This document shows positions 50,133 to 64,000 of a stretch of 64,000 nucleotides of DNA, piece after piece (the stretch's first letter is position 1; each line of letters starts with the position of its first letter). The notes under the pieces were generated by a model that ran no database searches, was not told where the DNA came from, and worked only from the letters and a program-made list of their open reading frames with translations. Position numbers and translations under genes: made by a program. The DNA comes from Octopus sinensis. Taxonomy: Eukaryota. Where the stretch lies: positions 33,666,001-33,730,000 of the forward strand of contig NC_043015.1 of assembly GCF_006345805.1 (NCBI RefSeq), in the 5' to 3' direction.

Positions 50133-50953
50133 ATTAGACAGACAGACAAACTGATAGTTATCTCATTATACAAATGATACAATTGCAAATGAACAACCAA
50201 AATTCATTCAAAGAACAGAATATTTCCTCATAACTTGGCAGCCATTCCACATCAGATGATTTGGGCAGTGTCTTGCAACACATCACATAAATGTAGCAGA
50301 AATCATTTTCATAAATTAATATTTTAACAAATAAAAGCCTGCAGTTTACAAAATAAATTGAACCTCTTCCTCCTGACCTCTGTTCCAAGGCAGATAACTC
50401 CTTGCCAAAACGTGGGCCTCAGTAAGATATTGTGTCTGATATAATATATTTATCTTAATATCGACCTCACTTGATTCATGGGTGCAGCACTCGTTGCATG
50501 CTAAACTTCAATATAACACTCTATGTACCATACATAAGACATATATAAATATTATTATTGTTATTGCTGTTGTTATTTTTATTATTATCGTCTTCATTGT
50601 ATACTGCAATGAGTAATAGGTTTTTCGGAACAGGATTTGTCAGACAAAATGATGTTTTTGCTTAATATCTATTGATTTGTGCTTTTTTTTGTGTGTATGT
50701 GTGTTTTGTATTGTGTTTATGTTTTGTGAGTGAGAGTAATAAGCAAAGCAGATACATCACTCCATCACTTTTTGGGAGCCTCTCAGTTTTTCTTCTTCCA
50801 TTCAGCCAACAACTAGATACTTCTCAATCACATGAATAAACAAACAAAAAAGTGTAAAACTTGGGAGTAAAACTGGAATAAAACCTCGACTTTCAATAAT
50901 TATATTACTCTCTATTAAATGTTTCAAGTACTCTTTCTCCTAACTTAATACTG

Positions 50954-51001
<48 letters not shown>

Positions 51002-51011
51002 TATATATATC

Positions 51012-51325
51012 ATATATCATCATTGTCAAGGGTTGGACAGTTCGACTGAGGGCTAGCAAGCCAGAAGGCTGCACCAGGCTACAATCCAATCTAGCAAAGT
51101 ATCTACAGCTGGATGCCCTTCCTAACACCAACCACTCCAACAGTGTAGTGGGTGCTTTTTACGTGCCACCAGCACAGGAGCTGGTCAGGCAATGATCATG
51201 CTCGAGTCCCACCTGACTGGCTCCCATGCCAGTAGCACATAAAAAGCATCACACAGACACAGACGCATGTAGTCCAACCTATGCCTGCATGGAAAACAGA
51301 AATTCAGTAACAATGATGATGATAT
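51012..51325. mobile_element. Two RTE 3' tails in inverted orientation
   Basis: Minus-oriented tail at left, plus-oriented tail ending in (GAT)n at right; internal inverted match 51152-51188 / 51213-51250. Confidence 0.6.
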
Positions 51326-51336
51326 ATATATATATA

Positions 51337-51385
<49 letters not shown>

Positions 51386-53925
51386 TAGATATGTATATAT
51401 ATATATATATACGTAGATATATCACTGTTTCAACGAGACCACTGAATGATGATATCATTATGCCTGCTACTTACCCCTCTGCCCTGGTTTCACAAACTAC
51501 CCAATCACACCATATCTCTGCTGTTCTCCCCACCACTCTTTTGCATCCGTCCATCTTCCCCAACTCAACATTTCGTTTCCGCCACTCTTTAAAACCTACT
51601 CATTCTGTCAGTCTGCCTCCCCATCCCTCATCCCCTTTCCCATACAATCTTGCAAAACAACCCACTCACCCACTTCTACACGGTGGGTGCCTTGTAGGGC
51701 CACCTGGCATCTTATTGCAATTATATCATGCATCTCCTACCAATCATTCTCTCTCTTGCTTTTCCCCTGCTAGACGTGAGTAGCCATTCAGATCTCTCTC
51801 TCGCCTCTCATAACATGAAACTGACCCCAGGGCTCATAGTCCTGTGAACTGCATGGCAACCTCGTTTGTGCACGTGGCATGAAAAGTGTACCCACTACAC
51901 TCTGGTTGGCACTAGGAAGGACAGCCAACTATAAAACCAGGACAAAGCAGACACTGGAGCTTGATGCAAGTCTTGGACATATTGGATCTTATCAAACCAT
52001 CCAACCCATGCCAGCATGAAGCATGGACATCAAACGCATGACAATAATCTTGCAAACATGAGTGCAACACTGCAACCACTAAGCCATGCACCTTTGAGGG
52101 TCCTGAATCAGTTCCCTACAGTGGTTGTAGTGCAGACTATTGCATTATAACAGATGCATAAGTAAACAAGAAGTTATAGTTTGTCTAATGCTGCAGATGT
52201 GACACAACCGGTTGCATACAGGCGTTTTGGTTTATAGCAGGCCTGTCTAGGTTAGTAGTAACTGATGCAGAAACAGTAGAGGTGCAGCATTAATTGAGGT
52301 GCAATAGCAGTCAGGTGTGCAACAGTTATAGTCTACAGCAGCAGCAATTTAGTGTGCACTTGCCATTGTGTGCAGCAAATTATATTCTAGTTCAGAAAAG
52401 TTGCCATGTGCACCAAAACTCATGGTATGCAGCTGCAGTTGTGGTGTGCAACAGTTATAGTCTAGTTCAGCAGATGCTACTTCAAAAGGATAATTTTGCA
52501 GTCATGAGTGTAACACCATAATCACTGGGTCATGCACCTGCAGTAGCCTGTAACTGTTGCACATCGCGCCTTTTGGCATGATGTGCAGAAGTTGTTATAT
52601 GCATCAGCAGTTGTGGACTGAAGCTACAGTTGTGATGTGCAATAGTTATGATCTAGCAAACTTGTTATGGTCCAGTGTTGCATCATTTGCTGTGCACAGT
52701 AGCAGTTATGATGCAGCAATAATGCCACATGCCATTACACTGGTGTGTGTGTGTGTGTGTGTGATATGATTTGAAGTGTTTTCACTGTTTGTATATAATT
52801 TAGTTTTCCTCTTTGTTTTTGCCTGACTCATCCATGACTCAGCTCATTTCCCCTGTAGAGAAGAGACAGGAGGAGGAGGAGAAGTGGGTACATTATCCAA
52901 TTAAAGTTCAGATGATACAGATACGGAGCATATCAATTATCCAATCAGAATGCAGATAGCACTGATAGACAGCACATTAATTAGCGAATCAGAGTTCAGA
53001 CAGCATAGATATAGACCACATCAAAGGAACAACTTGAAGATAAGAGATGGAGTAAGAAGAGGGTGAAGGAAGAGGATAAAGGATCTATTATATCACACAC
53101 ACACAAATAACTATGTGAGATAAGACTCAATTATATCACACACACACACGTCTATCAATGTAAAATAAAGAGTAGAATATTTGTGAGAATTTCTAACTTT
53201 ATAATGAGGAAAACCATAATCTTGTAGTTAAGTTTCTGGTTAGTGAGGTAATTGGAGTTATAGGAATGGTAAATTAACTTCATTTACAACTACCAATACC
53301 AAAGCCACAATGGCCCCATTCAACAGTTAACATTACCCATTCCATAATACGGTAACATACTAGCATCTAAATGTTTATCAAGACATGGTTCATTCAACTA
53401 ACACTTATCTATAGTAACTAGGTATACTTATTATCGAGAACTGGTCCATTCATGTAACTTTTATCTATAGTAAATGGTTCTTTTGAAGTACTTAACAAAG
53501 TAGCCGTATTACCTGGGACATTCGTTCTGTTAGCAGTTATCTAAAGTGACCATGTCAGTAATTAGCTGAGCAGAAAGCTTCGAAACGACACTATGCGAAC
53601 AATATATTCCAGCCATTACATGTCCACAACTATTAGAAACAGAATCACTAATGGCGGTCAATGTGGGTGACATATTGACCATCTGGTCATAATTTCAGAT
53701 TTTACTACTGCCATCATTTTGTCCTTTTCCAAGGTACATAGTGATGCTGACTGCAAGTTGCCTTGCTGACTGAAAATAAACAAACACACACACATATATA
53801 AAACATGCATACACACACATATACATGCATGTATATACAAACACACATACATACATACACATATACACATACATGTACTTTATACACACATACACTTTGA
53901 CACATATACATGCATGCATGTATAT

Positions 53926-53966
<41 letters not shown>

Positions 53967-54109
53967 CCCAGACATGTCTATATAGATTATATGTGTATCA
54001 TCATCATTGTCATTTTAACATCTCTCTCTTCCATGCTGTCATGGGTTGGACAGTTGGACAGAATCCTACAAGGCAATGAACTGCATTAAACACCAACAGT
54101 TCAATTCAC

Positions 54110-54322
54110 TGCAACCCTTCAGCATTTAAACAGGAAACATCGAGCAACTCAAATATTCTTCCTGTTTGATATTCAAACTGGCCAAACCCAACTTTTCAAA
54201 CTTAAACCAACAATGTCAATTACACTCGTGAAATCTCAAAGCTATGAGACAATGCAGGAGTAATTCAAAACAGGGAAAAATAAACAGGACGTTGGACAGA
54301 GTAATCTGAATCCTAAAGGATT
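54110..54322 (-). mobile_element. piggyBac-like MITE
   Basis: aacccttcagcatttaaac ... gacagagtaatctgaatcctaaagg, reverse complement of the 62664 family. Confidence 0.65.
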
Positions 54323-54328
54323 GTGTGT

Positions 54329-54362
<34 letters not shown>

Positions 54363-54367
54363 TGTGT

Positions 54368-54423
<56 letters not shown>

Positions 54424-54899
54424 GCGCGTGTGTGCTCATACACATAAATGCGTGCATGTGTTTGAGTGAGTGAGTTTGTATTTTTCTCTCATGTAATGGT
54501 TTGTAAATTATGGTTCCAGCAATATAGAGGTTGTCTCGACCTTACAAGACTTAAAGAGTCCCTCAAACTTGGCACTGTTTCGGCTTAATTTGCCAACCAC
54601 ACACACACACACACCACACACACACACATAGGATATGAGAGAAAGAGAAAGAAAATGGAATTCACATGCATAGGTTGGGGGAGATTCTGTACAAATATTT
54701 GTGGTGCATCATTCGTTGCAGATGTGTCTCGTCGGGTACCGCGTTCACTTATTTGCCTGTGGTTAGTGGCATGCAGGAGAAAGCACGAATTCGAATGAAG
54801 AACAGCTCTCTTAGAAGCAATAAGCCTACTTGCAAAGAATCATAAATAAAATAAGTATACAAGAATCAAAAATTTAAAAAAAGGGATTCTTGTATACTT

Positions 54900-55259
54900 A
54901 CATTCAGATTCGTCCAAAGACAAATCACTGTTAGTTTTCGCTTATATTTTGTACATCATCAAGAATAAAACCTTCAAAATTGGAATTGCTACTTGCTGAC
55001 GCCATATCGTTATAAACTAAGATGTGCACTTCTCTTCAAACATTGATAAAACCAAAAAAGACTCGAAAATTTCATGGTATTTTCACTTGAAAGGCTTTAT
55101 CTCACATTATACAAAGCTACGGGAATTCAATCACATGATTTGTTTACTTGTTTGCACCAGCCAAATCCGGTCATATCTGATTCCTGCATGAAATCACTAA
55201 AAAAATAAAGGGGAATTATTTTTGGCCCGTTTTGGCTGGTTTGAACACCAGAGGGTTAA
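54900..55259 (-). mobile_element. piggyBac left-end remnant
   Basis: Minus strand TTAA-CCCTCTGGTG terminus followed by an acidic N-terminus MASASSNSNFEGFILDDV. Confidence 0.45.
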
Positions 55260-57989
55260 AGAGATTTCTTTTGTTAGATCACTAAAAAATACTAAGTTTG
55301 TTTAGTAAGGGGAGAGGCTTTGACTCAGTTGAATTAGTCTCAATATATTAGTGACCTATAAAATGAAGGGTCAAATCTCTTAGACTCTCCCCTCTTACCC
55401 TAAACCTTTTTAAACTGAGACCCCAAGATTAGTGAGTAAATACTGACAATAATTTACTGAAGAACCCCAGTGTCTGCATTATGCACACCTCAGATGGGAG
55501 GGAAAGGTGGTGCCCGTGAATTGTTTCAAGATGTCTAAGACTGGTGAGAAGGAGGCAAGGCAGTATCTTCCAACGAGAGATTTAGCCTGAATGCTTGCAT
55601 CAAAATGAAATCTGCTTAAGACATCCAGGGGTCAGATGGTGGTGTTAAAACCAAATGATGGATTAAGTCGGCCACCCCAGTAGGCCACGACAACATTTGA
55701 GCCCAAGGACCCATCTGATACTATCAATACTATCAGTTCACCACCCAGGACCAGTACTTACTTTAGTGACCACCACCACACACAAAAGATGAAAGGTAAA
55801 AGTGATCTCAACAAGGATTTGAACTCAAAACAGAGAACCAGAATAAATACTCGAAGGCATCACTCTAGCAACTAGCAGCTCACTCCAACCTTCTACGCCA
55901 GTTATATAATAATTATAGGAGTAGAGAGTATCGAAGGGACATTTAGGGGAGAAAAGGGAAGCAATTTTCTGAAATTTGAGAGATCCTAATGACATTGTAT
56001 GTAACTTCAGCATCTCCACCAAGGGTTATTATATCAGCTCCTTTCATTAACCGATATGAACTAGTCCAACTGATGTAGATTGGTAGCTATGGTGACTACA
56101 GAAAGTGCATATTTTCATGTACTGTGTTTATAATCTCAGTTCTACCAACTGATTTGTAGACTCTGCCACCTGCCAAGTAATGGAGTCAGTTCTGTTATTT
56201 CCACTTTTTTTTTTGTATTTTTTTTTTGTTTTTTTTGAGCAGTTCAGTTGGTGGTTATGTTTGCTCCAATAAGTTTTAGCATAAATTGGAGATAGTAGAA
56301 CAATATCAGTGTGAAGCAGTATCTTTCATTCATTGACAAAGAATGACTTTCATACTGAAATTAGGGAGAAGATTAATCAAGATGAAAATCAAATATTTTC
56401 TCCATTAATAAATGGCGCTAACATCAAATTTTCATAACAGCAATTTAAAATTCAATAATTTACTGAAGCATCCTATTTTATCAGAGAATATTGCGATGGA
56501 ATCAGAATAGCAATCAATACTAATATTTTACCAACTAGAACTGAAATCAATCAATTCATTTAGTTGAAAACTGGGGTTCTTAAAAATCTAAATATATCAT
56601 CATCATCATCACCACCATAATCAATCTCACATCAACTTTTCTATGGCAATATTGATTAAAAACATATATGGAATAGACTGCTACCATCTCCAGATATCAT
56701 CAATTCTTTACTACTGCAAGCCGTGACCTGCCACCAAGCTGCACATCTTGCCTCACAAGTCTCTTCGACTCCTTTGATCTTGCCGATTACATATTCCATC
56801 ATCCCGCTGCCCCTATCACATTCACTATACTCTCTCTTCAACTCTTTTTAAACCTCTGAGACTCCATACTAAAATCAGTCCTTGGGGGGGGGGCTAGTTT
56901 TCACTACTTACTAATTAGGTCATCTAATTAGAGATCAATTAAAACTTCTTTTTATATCTTTGGGGCTTCTGTTACATCAGAGAACTTTGTCAACACAAAT
57001 ACTAAGTTTCCATCAGAATCCATCTGATAAAATCATGCACGTGCACTGGCGTGCGCACACACGCAAACACAGATGATTATTGTCTTACTCACCATACAGA
57101 GGCACTGACATCTAAAACATAGACAATTACGTTGGTCTTAGTATTTGACTGGTACTTATTTTTTTATTTCATCAATCTCAGAACACTGGAAACTCAAGCA
57201 GTGCAAGATTTGAACCTAAAGGAACATAACCAAATACTACAAAATATTTCATCAAACACTATTAATTCTGTTCTCCACTGCTATTGCATAGAATGTCAGA
57301 GAAATACCATCGCTGTGAGGCCAAAGTGCTGAGGTATTTGTCATAGAATTAGTTTCTTTAACCAACACTCTAATAATCCTTTCTACTAAAGGCTCAAGGC
57401 CGGAAATTTGGGGGGGGGGGGGGAGGATCAGTTGATTACATGAACCCCAGTGTTTCACTGATACTTAATTTATCAACCCTGAAAAGATGGAAGGCAAAAT
57501 TGACTTCAGCAGAGACAGACAAAATACCACAAAGCATTTCACTCGGTGTGCTAATGATTCTGCCAGCTCACTACCTTAACTAACATTCTAATAATGAAAA
57601 CTATAGACCTGAGACAAGGTTATTGTTATAATAAATAAAACCTCTTACTATGCCAAGTAACATTCATAAAAAGTTTCTGTTGGTTTGCACAACTGAAGTT
57701 CCTTCTACAACCTACAAGAAAACTCATACAGCTTGAAAGATGGAGCGGTTGTGGGTTTTCCACTTGAAAGTACATTTACATGACTAATGTGGAAATCCAA
57801 AACATGTGACCGTGACCCTCATTTACAACTATCAAATGATGTCAAGGAGGCACACATACATCTCTATAAATGCACACAAACACACACAATGAGTGGGAGG
57901 AGGAGAGTCTGCCAAATGTTGACCCAATTAAGGGACCAGCAACCCAAATTGACAGTTCCATGGTAAATAAAGCAATTAAGGATATGAAG

Positions 57990-58472
57990 ACAGGAAAAGC
58001 CCCCAGAGGAAATGATAGTGACCAAGACCTTTGACGATGCGCTGTGCTTAAGAGGACCTGTGCTGGTGAAATGTAAAGAACACCTTTCGAGCATTGGGCC
58101 TCACAGAGGCAAAGTGATTGAGTTCCTTTCAAGCGTTGGACCTCATGGAGGCAATGACTAAGACCTTTGGCATTATGTCACGCTGGAGAAGCCCCATCAA
58201 GCTGAGCAAAATTGCAGTCATGGCAGATAATGGTGTCATGCAAGTTGGCATGTAAAAACACTCTGGTGTCACTCAAATGGCACCCATGCCAGTGGCACGT
58301 AAAATCACCCATTACACTATCAGAGCGGTTGGCATTAGCAAGGGCATCCAGCCATAGAAAACCATGCCAAATCAGACTTGAGTCTGGTGCAGTCTTCTAG
58401 TGTGCCAGCCCAGTCAAACCATCCAACCCATGCCAGCATGGACAATGGACATTAAATGATGATGATGATGAT
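57990..58472 (+). mobile_element. RTE LINE 3' fragment
   Basis: Ends ccatccaacccatgccagcatggacaatggacattaaatgatgatgatg. Confidence 0.75.
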
Positions 58473-60075
58473 ATATCTATCCAAACAAGTGGAGGAACAG
58501 AAGAAATGAAGTTGAAAATGCTGGAAATTAATTAGAGTTTAATTATATTTTAAAATATAGGAAATTCACTTTACTGGTTTCACATAAGATCTTCAAAAGT
58601 TTATGGAGCTGTGCTCTGATGGAATTCTATTATTATAAAGATAGTTTGTTTTTGAAGTAGGAATGTGGATCAGAATGTTATCTGTTAACATACAAATTGA
58701 TTGGTCAATGATCATGTCACACACACACAAATGGTTTCTTTTGGTTTCTGTTTACCAAATTCACTCACAAAGCTTTGATTTTTAGAAGATACTTTCTCAA
58801 GGTGTCATGTAGTGAGACTCCACCCAAAATCATATTGTTTGAAAAGAAACTTCTTAACCATACAGTCATACTTTTTTTATTAAAAAAAAAACCAAAACAC
58901 AGAACACAATCTATACTACACACAACTACAAATGCATGGTTAAAATATATTACAATAACACCAGAATTTCATCATCAATGTGAAACTGCAAATTATCAAA
59001 CTACTGAATGTATCTCAGACAATCAATGTAATATATAAGTTTCAATGGAAGCACAAAAAATTGTAAACTTCAAGACTGGAACTGTTATATTGGGACAGAC
59101 AAATATGAGACTTTCTCATTGGTTGATGAAATATTTACAATAAAGAGATATTAGAATATGTAACAAGACTAAATAGACTAAAAAAAAAAAGCTTTAGTTG
59201 ATAACACTGCCTTATCTGTATAAAGTTCCTCAAAAATGACATTAAGTATGGGAACTTTACTCACTGTCAAATACAAATCAAAAATCAATACTCAGATAGA
59301 GCACCCAGGAAATAAACCTTGAATGCAACCAAGAGTTTGCTGAACAAATTTTATCAAGTTATAACATTATCCTTGTGATCCTTTGCAACCTACTGCAAAG
59401 TGTGTGAAAAATATGCCCCTTACTGCTATTATTTCATGAAGAAGATGATGCCAAGAAGGTCTTAAAATAGTAGGAGACATGAATTAGAAAGATTACCATA
59501 GAGTATATCAATTAGAAAGATTAAATTTGAATACAGATGGGTCTTTGGTAGAAGACGACTGAAAGAGAAGACATTCCCTATTTACACAAATACATGTGTA
59601 CGTGTGTGTTTGTATGCGTTGATTTATGTGAGATAAACAGATTTCATTTGTCATTCAATTACTTTTCCAGCACAGTCGGCATATGTGGACAGCTAACCTA
59701 ATAAAACAATCCAACAGTAGAAACCCCTCTCTTAAACCCACACATAAATTCAAATATATCAAGCTTTATGCATTTTCAATATAAAGTTGGATTGAGCACT
59801 TCATGCTTTTTTCACCAAAACTATGTATGAGGACGCATGAGTATATACCTATGTATATATGTACATACAAACAGCCAATTGTCTGTGTGTGTGTGTTTGC
59901 CCCCACCACTGTTTGACAGCTGGTGTTGGCTTGTTCATGTCCCTGCAGCTCTGTAGGATAAGTACCAGGCTTAGAAATAAAGAACTACTGGGATTGGTTC
60001 ATTTGACTAAAAATTCTTCAAGGCAGTGCCCCAGCATGACTGCAGTCTCATGACCGAAACAAGCAAAAGGTAAAA

Positions 60076-60109
<34 letters not shown>

Positions 60110-60117
<8 letters not shown>

Positions 60118-60305
60118 TACTTACATATAAGAGAGAGGGTACGTACGCCGCTATATATATATATATATACATATGTATAAAAAATACAAACTGGGACAAG
60201 AACGCAAAACATTTTGAAGACGATACAAAAAACACGGACGGGACATTCGAAGCCTTCAATCTTCAGTCAAGAACCGGATCATCCTCGCAATTTCGACTGA
60301 TTATT
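60110..60305. mobile_element. CpG-retaining PLE pLTR-like fragment within (TA)n
   Basis: Short CpG-rich insert between TA repeats; family assignment from general resemblance only. Confidence 0.35.
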
Positions 60306-60310
60306 TATAG

Positions 60311-60344
<34 letters not shown>

Positions 60345-60475
60345 CTTTTACCTTTTTATTTTTCAATCACTTTTGGAATTACAACAATTAGTGGCTTGGA
60401 GTTTAACTGCTCTTTCTAGTGAGTCAGATATCCTATTCTTTGGGTATCTCTTTTGTGTTTGAATGTACACTGTAT

Positions 60476-60517
<42 letters not shown>

Positions 60518-61022
60518 AATATTATGAAATGGATGGTAATATTTTTTATGCAAAAGAATAGTCAAAAGTTTCTGCAATATTAATTCTTTCAAGTGCTGCT
60601 TTTAAAACAGCTGAGAAAGATTGGTTATTTACCCTTAGAAGATCAAAATTAAAATTGCCTCCAGGCAGTGCTGGCAACTTGTTTCCATCTTCTAAGGGTA
60701 AATACCCAATCTTTCTTGATTACCTTCACAGCTATACTCTATTCAAAATTTACTTTCTTGTCTGTAAATTAGCAACACATTCAGCACTTCTAAAGTTTGT
60801 TCATCAACTGTTCCCATTAATTCTTAATTTGTGTCAATGGACAAGAAGTGTGTGTGTGTGTGTGTGTTTGTGTGCTTGTGTTTGTCAGTATGCTTGTATG
60901 TCCCTCTATCCATGAACATTAAAGTGTTGGGACTAAGTGCCATATCCAACACCAAGCATTCTCTGGAAATTCAGCTGTTGGACAAAAATCAACAAACAAT
61001 GTCTTAAGCAAAACCCACTTAC

Positions 61023-61154
61023 CTAATAGGGCTTGAAACAAACGGCTTTTAAAAATCCTGATGACCCTCTCTATAGCATTTTTTAGAGCTTTGTCTTGTG
61101 GCTTGGTCAAGCGACTGTGGTAATCCTCAAGTAATTCTAATGCCCTGTGGGCAT
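61023..61154 (-). CDS. dlg1: Internal coding exon of discs large 1 (DLG1/SAP97), L27 domain
   Basis: ttttgcag|AT GCC CAC ... CTA TTA G|gtaagt; 132 bp, phase 1-1. Encodes (D)AHRALELLEDYHSRLTKPQDKALKNAIERVIRIFKSRLFQALL, closely matching the Dlg S97/L27 N-terminus. Confidence 0.95.
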
Positions 61155-62663
61155 CTGCAAAACAACAGAAAAGAATTTTAATACATACTGGAAGCAATTA
61201 AGAAATGGAAGAATGCATTTTGGTAAATATACGAATGCAACACACATGTAGATCAACTTACCAGAAGCACTGAACGCTTCCCCAAAGACCTCACTCAACT
61301 AATGTAGGACTGAGATGGATGCCTTGTATGGGGTAAAAATGTTCAAGAAAGCTCAATGAGATAATGATGATAAAATAACCTGTCCTATTTTGGATCTAAC
61401 AACTAATTTCTGACTATTATAAACCCAAAATATAACACAAAGAGAGAGCAACTTCATATAAATCCCCCCAACAAACAAGTAGGATATGCATCTCCAAGGA
61501 GCAATGGGAAACCAAAAGTGATAAATGTGTAGGATATGAAATTATTTCTACTTAATTAAAGATTCCAGGAGGGGTGAGAAGGGTGCTTATATATGTCATG
61601 TTTGTAACATGAAGGAGATGAGAGGCGAAAGTTTACCCGAATATTAAGTGAAGTCCAAATTAGATAACTTTTTCCACAGACAGAATTAAACTTGACACCA
61701 CAAACCAATGAAACACTCATCAATTTTATAGTGTTGCCACTAATTACAGCTGTGAATTATATTACTGTGGTACTAACTCAAACAACCGAGGAACCTTCTA
61801 CACGGGTAACTGATCTGTTAAAAATAACAGCTGAATCTCCATGAAGTAATCGCCTACTGTTTTAAAAAAGTGTTTCATTGGATAATGTAGTCCAGGATAC
61901 ATTTTGACCAGGTTAGAATGAGGGACTGGAATGGCTTTGACCGTATGTCAGCTGAATCAGATTTGACTTGAAGCTAAACAATATCTAACTTCAAACGAGT
62001 CAGACTCAGCAACTCAAAATCTTAATATTTTGGCCAGGGATGCAAGACAGCATCAACAGCTTGATTTAAAGCACTAACATGCTTGCAACAATGTCCAACG
62101 AACTCAATGGAATGGTTAATTTTGGTAAATCTGTTCCCCACAACAATACATATAGAACCAGAACAGTTACGACTATAAATCTAACTCCATATATTTCCAC
62201 TCAGTGCAAGAGCCACAAAGATGAGACGGTTGTGGGGAGAGGGTAAACATTTATGAGTGATTGTAGAGTAATAACATGTTTCTGTGATGCCACAGTGCAT
62301 GCTACACTAGCTTTAGTCCCTACTAATTGGTACAAATCATATCACAAAATAACTCTTGTACAGGGCATCGACCATTCTGTCTATTTTCATTGCTTTGTTC
62401 ATAAGCTTTTTATCTAGTTTTACATTAATTCTCTACAGCTTTCCAAAACACAGATATTACAGATATCTTAAATATCATAGTGAAGACTCTTTTAGTCTTG
62501 CAGGGAACAAAGCAACCCCTCTAGGATTGGTGCTATGATAAAGTATATCCAGTACATTCTGCAAACAGGTTGATAACAAACAATATCCTGCAGTAGTATT
62601 CGTGCCAAAATGGAATGTACAAGCAACATGTGGGTCTCTGACTCACCTACAAGGACAGTAAAT

Positions 62664-62832
62664 TTGACCCTTCAGCATTCAGATTATGTGGTCAAATCTA
62701 ATAATGTGATTATCTATTTTTGGAATGACATTGTAGGGAAGGTGAAAGTGACTAGTTTCAAAGCCAGCTTGAACATAAAACAGGTAGGATATTTGGGCTG
62801 GATATGACCGGTTTAAATGATAAAAGGTTAAA
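62664..62832 (+). mobile_element. piggyBac-like MITE, internally deleted
   Basis: ttgacccttcagcattcagatt ... tttaaatgataaaaggttaa. Confidence 0.65.
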
Positions 62833-63899
62833 TAAGGACTTGGACAACCTATCCAACCAATGCCAGCAGAGGAAAAACGAACATAAATGATTGTTTTTAC
62901 ACATGGATGATGCTCTTCCAAGTGTTAATGTATGCTTCAGCTAAAAAGTAGAGAGAAAGGACTCCGTTCATCAGCCAAGCAGTTCCAGCTAAGCAGGAAA
63001 GACAAAGCATAGACATTAGCACTAAGAAGGTCAAAGTACTTGTCCCTGTACTCACTAATCCAACACAAATGACCTCACAACCATTGTATATCCTATTGAG
63101 ATCAAATGAAAAAAATGGGGGGGGGCTCATCTGCAAAATTAAAATGCTATCAATTCTACAGAAATACACTTTTAGATTCAATAGAATAAAATGTCAGAAT
63201 TTATAGATTTTTATTGTTAAATTATTTATTTATATTGACTGTCTTTTGTGGTAATTACTGTATAGGAGAGAGGGAGAGAGAGAGAGAGTGGTGAGCAAGA
63301 GAAAGAAAGAGAAAAGATAAAGAGAGACAAGAAGTCATGAAAACAAGATGTATAATTCAAAGGAAAATCCAGGAGGAGAGAGAGGGGGGAAAGAGAAAGG
63401 GAGAATCTGAGACGAACTAAGAAGGAACAATTTAAACCAGTTTTCAATATTCTAACTGTTCCACTTCTGTATTAGACTTTCGATCAGAAGAGAATATCTT
63501 GTAAGCATTTATAAAAAAATATGGCAAAACAATAAAAAGTATAAAACTAAACTAAAAATAAACAATGTTATGGTTAAAATATTGAAATTTTCTTTATTTT
63601 GGTTGATATCTATTAGTACGATATGGCAGGAAAGATGTTCCAAAGAGCAGGGTGCTGTTTGGGGAAGAATAGGTTGAACAAAGTGTTTCATGTAGAGATG
63701 ACAAAAGCAGATGCAGGTGAATTAGTTGGGGTGGTACTGCTTTCCTGGCCTTCAATTCCTGATGGCATCATAGGGAACACCATAATGTCAGACAGCATGC
63801 TTTGGGCCTCTCCAAGTCTGAACATAACTGACTGCTTCTAAAGAGAAACAGAAACTGATACAGGCATTTTATCTATTGACCTCAAAGAAAAGAAAAATG

Positions 63900-64000
63900 G
63901 TGCAGGCGTGGCTATGTGGTAAGAAACTTGCTTACCAACCACATGGTTCTAGGTTCAGTCCCACTGCATAGAACTTTGGGCAAGTGACTTCTACAATAGC
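63900..64000 (+). mobile_element. tRNA-derived SINE head, cut by the window end
   Basis: gtggctatgtggtaag...ggttcagtcccactg. Confidence 0.88.

Noticed and set aside
53714-53769. Strong minus-strand acceptor giving VSKATCSQHHYVPWKRTK* in frame with the L27 exon
   Set aside because: The pyrimidine tract borders a (TG)n repeat; no supporting donor, homology or poly(A) evidence.
60919-61197. 92-aa ORF as a complete gene
   Set aside because: Only 61023-61154 is Dlg-like and it is bounded by canonical splice sites; the flanks are intronic.

Overview
AT-rich, microsatellite-dense animal genomic DNA, most likely an octopus or related coleoid cephalopod (inferred from the 5S rRNA sequence and the SINE/LINE families). 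Only one host coding exon is confidently recognised: the 132-bp L27-domain exon of discs large (dlg1/SAP97) at 61023-61154 on the minus strand. The rest is most simply read as a large dlg1 intron packed with mobile DNA. This includes a near-full-length decayed Tx1-clade LINE flanked on both sides by (TC)n, tRNA-derived SINEs, RTE 3' fragments, Penelope-like elements (PLEs) with hammerhead ribozyme motifs, a non-autonomous Helitron, hAT, mariner and piggyBac remnants, a 5S rRNA pseudogene and several long fold-back repeats. The most notable observations are: (i) a 21/22-nt inverted repeat that brackets the Tx1 ORF2 exactly, from its AUG-less start to its stop codon; (ii) a TSD-flanked ~500-bp palindrome whose arms each carry a tRNA-like box and a hammerhead motif; (iii) an essentially intact minimal hammerhead in the sense of the host intron. 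Most short ORFs in the supplied track are microsatellite or SINE artefacts. All calls were made by eye, with no database search.
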